DNA from: Selaginella moellendorffii
Lineage: Eukaryota; Plantae; Lycopodiophyta
DNA: 64,000 nucleotides
Direction: 5' to 3'
Assembly (NCBI RefSeq): GCF_000143415.4
Contig: NW_003314317.1
Coordinates: forward strand, 809,533 to 873,532
In this document: positions 10,705 through 23,049 of the stretch, in pieces
Layout of the letters: every line of letters starts with the position of its first letter
Position numbering within the stretch: position 1 is the stretch's first letter
Notes under the pieces: generated by a model
What the model saw: the letters and a program-made list of their open reading frames with translations, nothing else
Databases searched by the model: none
Told to the model about the DNA's origin: nothing
Made by a program: the position numbers and the translations under genes

Positions 10705-11602
10705 AAATCAGAGGAAATCACCATCAAATTCTACACAATATAAAAAGAATAAAATAAAATAAAAGTAAGAAAGCATTTTCTATAGAATCTCTATTGTTAG
10801 TGGTGAGAAGAGTTCCTCTCACTGGAGGATCAATGATTCTCCCACCACTTTATTTTGAGGCACTAAATAAGAACACTACAATGGAGATGGACTTATCTGG
10901 AAAGCGCTACAGGATCTGTTTAATTTTTTATGCATACGGATTATGGATTAAAGTGTGCATACTTTCTTTTCTCCTCTCTCTCTCTCTCGATCGAGTCGAT
11001 TTATAGCTCACGACCACCATAGCTTTGCTTCGTGTAGTTTTTTCGCAAGCTTTTCTCTCTCTCTCTCTCCCTCTCTCTCTCATGTCTTTGCCTGGAACTG
11101 GAAGAAATGGTTTGCGATGCTGGATCGATCTCGCTCCATTTTTCAGGCCGAGGCTCCTGAGGTCTTGGAGCTCCGACAGAGGATAGGAGAGATTGCAAAG
11201 GACCACGAGGAGTGGGGATTCTTCCAGATCCAGAGCCAGTGACCAAGGCCTGGATTGCAAGCTCATTGCCGATTCCTTAAAAGTTTCCAACGAGTTTTTC
11301 CATCTTCGGCTGGAGGAGAAGAAGAAGCTCTCTCTGCCGGCTGGAGCTTCTGTCTAGATTGAGAATGACTGGTGTCTTTTTTTTTCCCTCTTCATAGGCC
11401 TTTTATGGTTGTCTGGGTCTCTGTGAGCTTGACAAAAGTTTTGACAAGCTCAAAGAGACCCAGACAACCACAATCTTCTTGCTGAATCTCATCTCCCAGA
11501 GCCTGGGCCTTCCAAAGGATTTCCTCTACCAGTTCTAGGAGGACAAACTCAACGGCGTTGAGTTTGTCCTCGTAGTGCTCGTAGAGGAAGTTCTTTGGAA
11601 GG
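10705..11602 (+). pseudogene. 2OGD pseudogene pieces: 3' end/flank (10705-10955) followed by 5' UTR, exon 1 and exon 2 start with two fold-backs
   Basis: TCAGAGGAAATCACCATCAAAT matches ~21906; FQAEAPEVLELRQRIGEI..EEWGFFQ matches exon 1 of the 20225 gene. Confidence 0.88.
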
Positions 11603-11619
11603 TGAAGTAATCTCACAAA

Positions 11620-12210
11620 GTTTTCTCTTTTTTCGGGCTAGAGGACAATGGTATATGTTTCCAAACTGTAAAGTACTAATTCTATCTATATGCTTGCTTC
11701 AACTTAATTTTGATTCATCAGTTTCTTGCAGAAGTCGGAACCTGAGAACTATAATTTTCATCTTGACACGGTGTTTGCTGGATAGGAAGCTCCTTCCCTT
11801 TTTCACCTCGATCCAATACTGCGTCGCGCTTCTTGTCAAGTCAACTACTTAACCGAGGATGAGTGCCTGCCAAGGCTCGCACGCTTGCAAGGTCTGGAAA
11901 TTTATTTCCAGCTTTCTAAAGTTTAATACAGGTGATCTTCGCACTGGCAGGCTACGATCTTAAAGACAGTGTGGATTTCGTCCAGGTATAGAGCTGGTTT
12001 TGAGATATGATCGATGAGGAAGAGAGGGTTCTTTTCTGGAGACTATCGAACTAACAAGATTTTAGCATTTCTTTGCGTCTTACATGCTTCTCGTCGTTTT
12101 TCTCTTGGGCAGGTCCGAAATCGAGCAGTTCCTCGTTTCAGTCTATCATTTAAATCTGTGGTTTTTGGTAGAGAAGAATTCATTGTTTGATTTTTGCGGA
12201 GCACGCGGAG
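11620..12210 (+). pseudogene. ASAP1-like 3' fragment (mirror of 9050-9650)
   Basis: IFILTRCLLDRKLLPFFTSIQYCVALLV and GGTCCGAAATCGAGCAG match 4380-5110. Confidence 0.88.
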
Positions 12211-13489
12211 AAGAAAATCCTCAAAGTTTTCCCATTCAATGAAAATCCTGGAACAAAGGTGCAGCACAAATTGAATATTCTCCTAACGTCATATGCCCAA
12301 AGGTTCAGTGGTCCAAATCCCTCTTTGAATCCATGGAGCTGCTTAAGCGGCTGCGTCGATCACGCGGAGCAAGCGTTTCTATCGATGCCAGGGCGAATAT
12401 CGTCTCCTGGACGACGATGATCACGGCATTCGCTAGCGCTGGCCGGATGGAAACGGCCGCTGATTTTTTCTTGAGGATGCCCGTGTCGTGGAACTCGCTC
12501 TTCCAGGCCTATGCCCGCGCCAGCGCCGTCTTGCACTGGATGCCGGAGCGCAGTACTGTCTCCTGGACGGCGATGATGGATCTTGTCGCAAAGACCGCAA
12601 TGCCGGAGCTGATTTTCGACGCGATGCCGCAGCAAAATCCCACCGCCTGGAACGCGATCGAGGCGGCGCTAGCGGGCGGTGGCAGGATTGATCGAGCGGA
12701 GGGGATTATCGAGAGAATGCCGCAGCAAGGAGCCGCGCCATGGACCTGTGTCATCGTAGCAACCACTGTCCGGCCGATTGATCCGCGCCAAGGAGCTCTT
12801 CGATGCATTGCCGTGCCGGGATCTTGTTTGCTGGGCGGTGATGATCTCCTCATTCGCTCACCACGGCCGCCTGGAATCCTTCAAGAACACACGCGCGGAT
12901 GCCCCAGTGGAATCTCGGCGTGGAAGCCTATGTAAGGTGACGCTAGTAACAACGGCCTAGTGACGCTAGTAACAATGCCCGAGTGCTGACGTGGGCGTGC
13001 GGAGGAGGAGAAAAGCGATAGGCGTTAAGTGTGAACACATGAAGTGTTTTATAGTGTGTTCTTGTGCTTTAGAAATTAATCTCTCTTGGTTTCTTTGCTT
13101 GTGTCCGTGAATGGAGAGTCGGACCACTACAGCGATGCTCTTAGCATATACTCTAGCCGGACGCGTGGCGCAAGCCCAGTGGTTGTTCAATCAGCTGACC
13201 AACCGTATTTCCGCCATGGCGACGCGTACGGCGCGGAGAGGATGATTTGGCGAGAGTAAGCCGCGAAAAGAGGCGGTAAATGTCTTCTCTCGAATGCCTC
13301 ACAGAGACGCGGCGCTGCCGCAAACGCAATGATCGTCGCAAGCGCCGCGAATGGGCATTTGGACATGGCGGAGCGGCTCTTTCCTGGGCTCCAATTTCGC
13401 CACGATCTCACTCCTGGAACGCGATGATGAGCGAGGGATATGCTCGCAATGGCCGGGTTGCAAACGATGGAGCTGCGATGGAGCCCTAG
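12210..13489 (+). pseudogene. PPR pseudogene, duplicate of 7255-9021 with many deletions and frameshifts
   Basis: NIVSWTTMITAFASAGRMETAAD, MPERSTVSWTAMMDLVAK and GGGRIDRAEGIIERMPQQGAAPWTCVIV are essentially identical to the intact copy. Confidence 0.92.
12931..13131. mobile_element. 201-bp solo-LTR/TRIM-like insertion in the PPR pseudogene
   Basis: Absent from the intact PPR copy; termini TGTA...TACA; internal tandem GTGACGCTAGTAACAA x2; no clean TSD. Confidence 0.6.
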
Positions 13490-13529
13490 GGCTTTCCCTC
13501 TGTTAACTTTATGTTGTACATTTAAATCA

Positions 13530-14565
13530 CCTCAACTTATGCATATAGATTGTTATTTGATCAAAGACCTTGATCCACAATCCATATGCATAGAAAATTA
13601 AACAGATCTTGTAGCGCTCTCCAGATGAGTCCATCTCCATTGCAGTGTTCTTATTTAGTGCCTCCGATCAAAGTGGTGGGACAATCTTTGATAGAAAGAT
13701 CTCACCACTGCTAAAGTTCAGTAAAACTCAATCTATGTTATGCTCTAGTCAAAAGTTGAATAGTTCCAAGCTCAAGCATAGCCGTCAACTTTTTCTTATG
13801 TCATGTTAGATTTAGAACATTGCCCAGCTTCCGTCAACTTTTCGTAAACTTAGTAAGCAATAGGAAAACGCTTTCTTACTTTTTTTTGTTCTTGTCTTTT
13901 ATATTGCGTAGTATTTGATGGTGATTTCCTCTGAGTTGGGACCTCCAACCTTCTTGTTCTCGAATCTGACCATAATGTATTCGCCGTATCGAAACTCTTG
14001 GTGCTTGTTGACACTTACAGTGAGCTGCGGGAGTGGGCATACTTGAGTGGTGACTCTGGGAACGCACGAAAAAGAAAAAGAGCAGCGAGTTCCATCACGT
14101 AATGTAAGACAGTCTTCTAGCGACCGTTGCTCCACACCTGTGAAACTCTAATCCAGAAAGTCGAACAAAGAACAATCGAAGAACACCAGGAACTTTCGAA
14201 CTTGCTGAACGAATAGGCATCTAAAGCAAGAAGTAAGAACTTATATCCGTCACAAAGAGAACATTCAAGAGCATCAAGAACACCAATCGATCGAAGAAGA
14301 ATTTCGAGCTTGTGCTGAAAGAACAGGCATAGGAACGAATGGGACGAGTATATCAGAACCATGAAAACAGATTTTACCAGGACTATATCACCAACGTTGA
14401 CAACAAGGCAGTTTGGTCAAGGCCGGATGATGATCCACTTATCATCCTTGAGGATTTGGAGGCCTTCTACCTCGCTTTGTGCAACAACGCGGAGGATGTT
14501 CCCGTCCTGGTGCTTGGACAGGCCGATCTCGTCGGTGGAGTGAGACGGGGGATACTGGATCATTA
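13530..14565 (-). pseudogene. 2OGD 3' pseudogene copy (exon 2, intron, exon 3, 3' flank)
   Basis: YPPSHSTDEIGLSKHQDGNIL..VAQSEVEGLQILKDDKW and FENKKVGGPNSEEITIKYYAI match 21170-22310. Confidence 0.92.
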
Positions 14566-14576
14566 TCAAAGACCCG

Positions 14577-14772
14577 GCCGAATCACTTTGCCGCGCAATC
14601 AAGAAAAGAAGCCGTTCCTTGCGATGCCTCGATCGATCCAGAACAATGCGGGACCTCACCTCACGAATCATTGAGTCGTGGCCGCCAGCGGCGCCTTTGG
14701 AATCGCGGAGTAAAATGTGTTTTTAGGGTGGTGAGAGACGTTGGCGATGCTCCAGGAGCAGCAGCCGCAGCT
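14577..14772 (-). pseudogene. Deleted inverted copy of the ASAP1 5' end / RPN2 start junction
   Basis: CCGAATCACTTTGCCGCGC, TCGATCGATCCAGA, GGGACCTCACCTC and GTTGGCGATGCT.CAGGAGCAGCAGCCGCAGCT are the reverse complement of 3345-3047. Confidence 0.85.
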
Positions 14773-15779
14773 AGCTACAGGGCCTCTAACACAATGTAAC
14801 GGCGTGGACACGTTTGCTGTCCAGCAGCTCGTGGTACTGAGCCTTTCTTCGACGGTGGCCCCATGTATTATAACGCCAAGATCTTGTTCGGGTTACTGAA
14901 TTGGAGCGATCATGAGCTTGCGCATGCTATACTAAATCTTCCGTGGGAATGATCTCTTCTGGAAATGAGCAGCTTTGAGAAGGCTTCGAATATAGTCTGG
15001 CTACCTTCGCCTGCGAGGAAAGAGGATAGACCGGAATACAACATGTTTTGTTCCCGTATATAGTACCACATTTTTGTATATTCCTCAGAATCCCGGAGAC
15101 CGAGCCAGATTGAGGCCGGAAAGGCGAGCCTTTTTTGCTCTGGTCCTCATTTTCCTGGAAAAATACACAACAACTTGTTGCACGATGCAAATGAAAAGCC
15201 AAAGCTTACTGAGTGCAGCCAAGAAATCTGATCAATGACAATCTAAAATGCAGCTCGCGGGACGCTTGCAGAGGAGAAGCAGTGAGCTCGATCGATCGAT
15301 TCGGCAATAGAACCCTGGCTCAGAGCTTCTGAAGGCGTTGCCTGTCAAGAAATCTGATCAATGACAATTCAAAATGCAGCTCGCAGGACGATTACAAAGG
15401 ATTTGGAGGCGCCGCGAACTCGATCTAGCGATTCCAAAGGCTTTTCAACCAAGTTGTGTTCGATTCCTGTTTCGTGAGCGTGATAGGACGTGTCCTTCGC
15501 GAACCAGCTGCGCCCATGTCCTACTCCACTGCACCGGCAGATCGCCGATCGATTGCGGGAATCTCATCGTACAAATATATGGCGATCTGGTATCTCTGGC
15601 TCCACGGATCGGCCCAAATTGATCGGGCTCCTCGAGGGCGCTTGGCGAGATCCTCGGGGACGCGCACCTCGGGGCTGGGCCGCATTCCTCAAGTCGGTAA
15701 TAATATTCCAGGCAGAGGCAGCGCTCAGATCTTTTGCCAAAGGACACTGATTCGAGTCAAAATATATCAATTACTAAAT

Positions 15780-18700
15780 GCATAAATGCATATAAAGATT
15801 ATGAATTATAGAATTGATTTTATAATTCCAATCAATGACGTTTATAATACCTTTATCATAATTTAGTAATGAAAAGATTTCTTGACGATTTAATAATGAA
15901 AGATTTTCCTACATTTTATAGTATTTTTAAATTCAAAATACTTTTTAAGTATAATTAAAAATATAAAATAAAATCAAAAGGTCAAATTCTAGCTATCACC
16001 ATTTCTATTTTTATTCAAATGAATCTTTTTTTCATATGTTTGTTCTTTTCAATTTGCTCCTTTTACTTTTCTTTCCCAATCCTAAGAAATATTATATGTG
16101 TTTGTTTATTTTGAGTGGGTGTTGTTGAAGCCATCTTTATTCTAATAGTTTAGAAAGTATTTAAGAATTTAAATATATAATTAATATTTGTAAATTAATG
16201 CACATTATTAAACTATTTATCACATGTTAGTTTGTTGCTTTGTTCATCACTGTATTTATAATAATTTATGATTTTATTGTTTTTAATTAATTTTAAGCTT
16301 CTAAAACTATGTAGTAATTCTATAAATTTATTTCAAAGAAGATATCATTTACCTTTAACTCATAAATTTATTTATTTCAAGTGTATAATTCTAGGTGTCA
16401 ACTTAATAAAGAGATATATAGCTACAAAGAATAAAATATAATATTCAAGAAAATTAATATTATATTTTATAGTTATATAAAAAATCTTTAAATAAATTTA
16501 TATTGTTATATATGGAACTAAATCTAATCTATCTATACTTCTATATAAGCAACAGTATAAACCCCAATAAATATATCTATTCTTATATCCTAAACATTCA
16601 CATTAGTGGTGATGAGGGCATTGTGATTTATTCTTTGAAGAGCAAATTTTTTTGGCAATACTTTGCTTTAGTGATCAGAATTGTGTTTTTATTTTTATTC
16701 CTTCATTCTCTTTTAAATTTACATCTATATTAACTTTATGCAAGATTTATAATTTTAGCTATCACTATACTTAGATTTGTTCTTCTTTTTTATATTCATT
16801 GCATTGCCTTCTTCTGCTATATTATGCTATCATTGATTAAAGAATATATCACTTAAGGCTATTAATACTATTTTGTTGGATTGAGCTTTTGGCATAATGG
16901 GGCATGATCATATTGCTGTTGCACTTATCCTTGATGTATTACCATCTTTAGCTTTTGTGGGACATGATTAAATAACTTTACTATTCTTGATGTTTGTCAT
17001 CTCCCATTGATGTGGATTATGATCATGATATTGATTGAAGAACTATAAATGATGTAGTTTAGCTTTTGGAAAATGTTCAAAGATTAAATTTATGGGAAAA
17101 CAATTTTTACAAGCTTGAATGATTCTAGATTGTGATGAAAAGTTTAATTATTATGAAGATAGTTTTAAAGATAAAATAAAGATTTTGTGGAGTAAATGTT
17201 AATCCTTTAATCTATTATTTGATAGTTTTTCTTTACCATTTACATTTTCCCAACCTTTTTCTTATTTCTCACCTAACCCACCTTCTTATGTTCCTAGTGT
17301 TTCATCTTCATTTATAGTGTTTTCTTCTCCTAACATATCAATTATTTGTGACTTTTATAATTTTTATTCTCATTCTTAGTCTAGTATTGAGTTGAATATT
17401 TTTTGTCATCTTTATACTAATTTAGATATTAAGTATATACATGAAGTTAAAATTTTTGTTTTGTTTCATTGATAAAGTATTTAATCAATTCTAGTGTTGA
17501 GTATTCCCATGTTCCAAGGCTGAATTACTTTAGTGAATGTTCTGAGTTAAATATGTGTCCCCACTTGTGAATCCCACTAAAAGCTTTTGCTTTACCATTA
17601 TTGCTAAAAAGTTTATATATTCTCGTGAGAGTGTAGACATTTTTATTCATAAAGGTTTAAACATAGAAGGAAAAGGCTCATGAACAAAAGTAAATTTTCC
17701 CATCTTAAATATAGAATTATGTATTAAGATGGTTGAGTAGTGTAAACATTTTATTTATATTGTAGTGGCTAAAGTATTTTATAACAAGAAGTCCCTTATT
17801 TTCCAAGCTTTGAGCATATATCTTGTTTATTTCCCCATTTTTGCATTGATAGTTATTGAAAAAAGTTTTTTAAATGTTTTTTCATCCACTTTTTCTCCTT
17901 CCACAATATTTATTCTTTAATTTTTTTTGTTTCTTCTCTTTGCTTTAATTTTTTAAACTTTTTTTTTCTTTGGAAGAAGGGGTAGAGGTGATAAACCCTG
18001 ATAATGGAGTGAGGATAAGCAAATACAATGAACAAATGACATGGTTTGTGAAATGAGGATGAATATAACAAGTTTGAATGGAATATTTAACCTTGATATA
18101 ATGAGGCCAAATGGATGCAACAGTGAAGTGAGGTTAAATATAAATAGTAGAGTGCGAATGAGTGTAGCAAGTCAAAACAAAACTAATGCATTAGAAGGAT
18201 AAGAAAAATATAGAGAATTGACAAAGTGAGTTTAACCTTCATATATATTGCTAAATGAGAACAAATGTCGTAACTCTAAGTTAACATAAATCTTAAATAT
18301 TAACCAAAGGGAAGATACAAAGATGAGTTCTATTTATAATTGTGAGTTTGAAGTAATAGTGGTTTTGAAGGATTGTCAGTGAGCAAATGTATTATTTATT
18401 ACAATAGTGCTTTATGAATTGCAATGGCTTTTGAAGTTTTTTGTTTCAATTCAAAGTTATAATTTCAAGGTTGGTTTAAGCATTTGCTAGTTGCATACAG
18501 AATTGCAATTGGTTTATCAAGAGTTTATAATCAATTGATACTTATGCCATAATTTTAGGTTTCATTTATCAACAACTATATTAATATCTATGGGAGTTTT
18601 GGATTTTTATAGTAAGTTCATATTTGTCCAGCAAAAACATTAGATATTCCACTTGATTTATTATCATCACTTTTTCATCTTTCAAAGAAAAGGATGGTTA

Positions 18701-19450
18701 AGGTCTATATATATATATATAACCCTACCTAAATCATATGCTAATTATAGTTTATAAACTATTCCTTTGGATTGAATATAGTCTATCCATACTTGTATAT
18801 AAGTTAGGGTCTAAACCCCAATTAATATAACTATTTCTATATCCCACTCATAATATGTATTTTAAATTATACTATTTTAGTTAAGTTTAATAAAAAATTT
18901 GATATTAATTTTAAAATTTATTTGTGTATAGATATTGTTGTAAGTTATCTATACTTTCTGAAAGTATAACTTTAAACTTTATTATTTTTATTCTTTAATA
19001 ATCATGGTGTTTCTTCTTATTTGAGTTATATGATTTAAGACATTATTAAGGTATAAAGCAGCAAAACAAAAAATTTATTGACTATCCTTCTATACTGAAA
19101 ATGTAGTGGACTCTTTTATTATATACACATTTAAATTAATATTACAAAGTTTATATATAAAATATTAAAATTAATTGTTGGTATTTTTATTTTTATTAAA
19201 ATATCATAAAAAAACATTTATGGTGTTGTTACTAAAGAAGACACAACTTTAGTTGGTACACCTAGGAGGTATTATGTTTTTTATGTGGCTAGAAGGTGTA
19301 AATAAATAATAATATTTATTTTCTATTAGTTTTTATTTTAAAAATAACTTAAATTAATTTAAAAATTTAAAGTAGATTAATGTAATTTATTTCTAATAAT
19401 GTTTTTGGAAAGAATAATATTGAGAATCTTGAATTTGTAAATTAAAATAG
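15780..19450. mobile_element. Highly AT-rich region, probably decayed TE sequence
   Basis: Abrupt compositional shift, CG depletion, no ORFs; family not assignable by eye. Confidence 0.4.
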
Positions 19451-20045
19451 AAAAAGTTCATGCTACTTCTAAAATGGTAATATGAATCTTGTTGCAATGA
19501 TGCTTGGAAGCAATCAAAGCGCAGTCGGCGGGCCAATCTTTACACCAGGATAATCGAATCTCATGATCCCGGTGAGGAACAAGCATATATGCTCGAGCAC
19601 AGTGGGGTACTTTCCAAAATTTCACCACCCACGGACACACGACACACGACACGAATAAGAAGCAGGGATCCAAGTTGAGAATCGCAGGCTTTGGTTTTGT
19701 ATTGTTTTCTTTCCCCCAGGGACAACACGCAAACAAAAATGTGTTTATTTTGGCCTTCCAGTGTCCTGGGAAAGAAAAAGAATGCGCACAGCAATGGGTC
19801 AGCGAGAGAGAGCGGACGGTATGAGCCACCAGACGTGGCGATTCCTTGGCCGTCCGCTGGGGGTTTTCCCACCGTCCATTGCTCTTTTCCTTTCCCCTTT
19901 AATTTTTTCCGGCATCGCAGCTGTAATGCATGATTTCCAAGAAGGCGGTCTCTCGAGTATGTCCACCGGACGAAGAAGATCGCATTTCTTTTGAGCAATG
20001 AATTCTACGCCTCTCGTGGTGCCGGGTAAGCCCCAGCTTTTCTTT

Positions 20046-20083
<38 letters not shown>

Positions 20084-20149
20084 TGAGTCGATTTATAGCT
20101 CGCGAGTCGCGACCACCATAGCTTTGCTTCGTGTAGTTCTTTCACAAGC

Positions 20150-20185
<36 letters not shown>

Positions 20186-20224
20186 TCTCTCTCTCTGATC
20201 TCTCTGTGTCTAGAACTGGAAGAA

Positions 20225-21942
20225 ATGGTTTGCGATGCTGGAATTCCACTGATCGATCTCGCTCCATTTTTCCAGGCCGAGGCTCCCGAGGTCTTGGAGC
20301 TCCGACGCCAGAGGATAGGAGAGATTGGAAATGCCTGCGAGGAGTGGGGATTCTTCCAGGTCCAGAACCACGGCCTGGATAGCAAGCTCATTACCGATTC
20401 CTTGAAAGTTTCCAGCGAGTTTTTCGATCTTCCGCTGGAGGAGAAGAGGAAGCTCTCGCTGCCGGCTGGAGTTTCGCCTGTCCCGATTGGATTTTGCTGT
20501 GATAGTGGCCTGGATGACAAGGTGGAGAACAAGGAACATATGTTCTTCTTTGCCGAGGATGGGAAGAAGGCGACCAAAAATGGTGGTAGCTACGCTCAAT
20601 ACAATGTCTGGCCTGACACTCCAGCGAGCTACAAGTAAGCAAAAAATGTCTCTTCCATTTTCTTTCTGGTCCACCATCTTTTTTCTCTATTCTTCTCGAT
20701 TCTTCTCTTTTGTTTTGGTTGCTTCATGCTGTTTGATTGTTCGTGGAGTTCTCGCTTAAACTATTCTTGTTGCTCGCTCGATCAATCTCTACCTTCTCAT
20801 TTTTTAGTCTGGATTCTATGAGCGTGGGATGATGTTGTCATTTGCTTTTAGTTTTTTTTTCTTCTCTCTGTAGATAGATTATAAAGCTTCGCTTCGCTTT
20901 CTTCTTCTCTCTCGTCTCATCACGCTCACAGATATATTTTCCGGTTTCTGTTCTCTTTTTCCACAGTTTTCGTACTGTCTAGATTGAGAATGACTGGTTG
21001 TCTGGTTGTTTTTCCTCTCTTCATAGGCCTATTATCAAGGACAGGCTTCTCAAGGAGACCCAAACAACCGCAATCTTCTTGCTGAGCCTCATCTCCCAGA
21101 GCCTGGGCCTTTCAAAGGACTTCCTTTATGAGCACTACGAGGACAAACTCAACGCTTTGATAATGCTCCACTATCCCCCGTCTCACTCCACCGACGAGAT
21201 CGGCCTGTCCAAGCACCAGGACGGGAACATCCTCAGCGTTGTCGCACAGAGCGAGGTGGAAGGCCTCCAAATCCTCAAGGATGATAAGTGGATCACCATC
21301 CAGCCGCGACCAAACTGCCTTGTTGTCAACGTTGGTGATATAGTCCAGGTAAAATCTGCATATGTGTCAAGCATAGTAATCAGGAAATCCCTTGATCCAA
21401 TTCGATTCATGTTTTCATGGTTCTGATATGCTCTTCCCGTTCGTTCATATGCCTGCAGCACAAGCTCGAAAGTTCTTTGTTCTTCTTCGATCGATTGGTG
21501 TTCTTGATGCTCTTGAATGTTCTCTTTGTGATCATATCTCCTACGTGACGTGTTGTGGATATAAGTTCTTAGTTCTTGCTAGATGCATATTCGTTCAGAA
21601 AATTCGAAAGTTCTTGGTGCTCTTCGATTGTTCTTTCTGGATTAGAGTTTGATGCTTAAGTATTCAGATATTTTCACACAGGTGTGGAGCAACGATCGCT
21701 ACAAGAGTGTCTTACACCGCGTAATCAACAACAAGGCAGGGACTCGCTACTCTTTTTCTTTTTCGTGCGTTCCCGGAGTCACCACTCAAGTATGCCCACT
21801 GCCGCAGTTCACTGCAGGTGTCAACGAGCCGCCCAAGTACCGAGAGTTTCGATACGGCGAATACATGATGTTCAGATTCGAAAACAAGAAGGTTGGAGGT
21901 CCCAACTCAGAGGAAATCACCATCAAATACTACGCAATATAA
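20225..21942 (+). CDS. 2-oxoglutarate/Fe(II)-dependent dioxygenase (DOXC class), 330 aa; exons 20225-20634, 21027-21348, 21682-21942
   Basis: IPLIDL, ACEEWGFFQVQNHG, HYPP, KHQD (HxD), LVVNVGDIVQVWSNDRYKSVLHRV (distal H), RYS (RxS). Exon phases join in frame. (CT)n 5' UTR. Confidence 0.95.
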
Positions 21943-22384
21943 AAGAAAAGAGTAAGAAAGCGGTTTCTAATTACTAAGTTTAAGAAAAGTTGACAGCTGG
22001 GAATGTTCTAAATCGGACATGACATAAGAAAACGTTGACGGCTATGCTTGATCTTGGAACTATTCCACTTTTTACTAGGGCATAACATAGATTTGTGTTC
22101 TGCTAAACTTTAGCAGTGGGGAGAAGATCCATAATCTGGATTCCTCTCACTTTGTTTGGAGGCAGTAAATAAGAACACTGCAATGGAAATGGACTCATCT
22201 ACAAAGTGCTATAGAATCTGTTTAACTTTTTATGCATATGGATTATGAATCTTCAAATAACAATCTATAGGCACGGAAGATTGCAGCCTGGTGATGATTA
22301 AAATTTACAACATTGCTAAAAGTCAGATTAAGTTAATCTTGGCTCCAAACCAAAGAGTTTTGTAGAGGGAAAGAGGTTTTAGAA

Positions 22385-23035
22385 ATGCCAACGGTGGAGC
22401 TAGATGAGAGCTCCCTGCTGGACGTCTTCACCAAGGTGGGCAATGCACAGCAGCTCGCGATATTCACTGGCGTGCAAGCAACGGTGGCAGCTGCGCAGGG
22501 CCACACTTCGAATTTGATTGAGGTTAGTGGCAGGGAGGAGCTGAGGGGCTCTGAGGATGCCATCTCCCCAAGTACAAGGCTGCCGGCTCAAGGAGCTCAG
22601 AGTCGTTAGCGGAAACGTGACCAGGTTGAAGCTAACGGTTACCGGCTTGCCTGGGCTGCTGACTACCTTCAATGCTTTCCCTCGAAGCTTGGGAATCATG
22701 GGGACCGTTGAAGAATCCTGTTTGGTCGACACCTCTCGGCTCTGGTCTCATCCAGGTCTTCACCAGCGAGCAAAAGATGACCATGGACAATTGGTTTGGC
22801 TGCGTGGATGTTGATTCTTTTCTTTCCAATGGTGTTGCACTCAATGGGAGTTTCGTCTTCTTACCAATGGTGTTGCAGTCATTTTGGGGGTGTCTCAAAG
22901 TGCAAGGACTTAACTACTACACCCAACGCAATGGTTCTCAGGGATTTACTTGAAGATCATCAAGTCAAAGAGCTTGTGATTCACTGCAAGAAGATAGAAT
23001 GTCTAGTTAGCAAACAAGTGAGAAACATAAACCTA
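22385..23035 (+). pseudogene. F-box(/LRR-like) pseudogene
   Basis: LDESSLLDVFTKVGNAQQLAIFTGV, then a frameshift to KQRW, gives an F-box-like motif; LKELRV..VTRLKL downstream; several frameshifts. Confidence 0.55.
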
Positions 23036-23049
23036 TAAACCATTTTTTG

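Larger units (their letters stand above)
7496..13489. repeat. Large imperfect inverted repeat (arms ~7496-10280 and ~10930-13489)
   Basis: Each arm has 2OGD 5' fragment + ASAP1 3' fragment + PPR, in mirror order. For example, 12360-12900 is the reverse complement of ~8070-8680. Confidence 0.9.

Noticed and set aside
5400-15760. Helitron as carrier of the gene-fragment mosaic
   Set aside because: No convincing 5'-TC / hairpin-CTRR-3' termini found, and all donors are local
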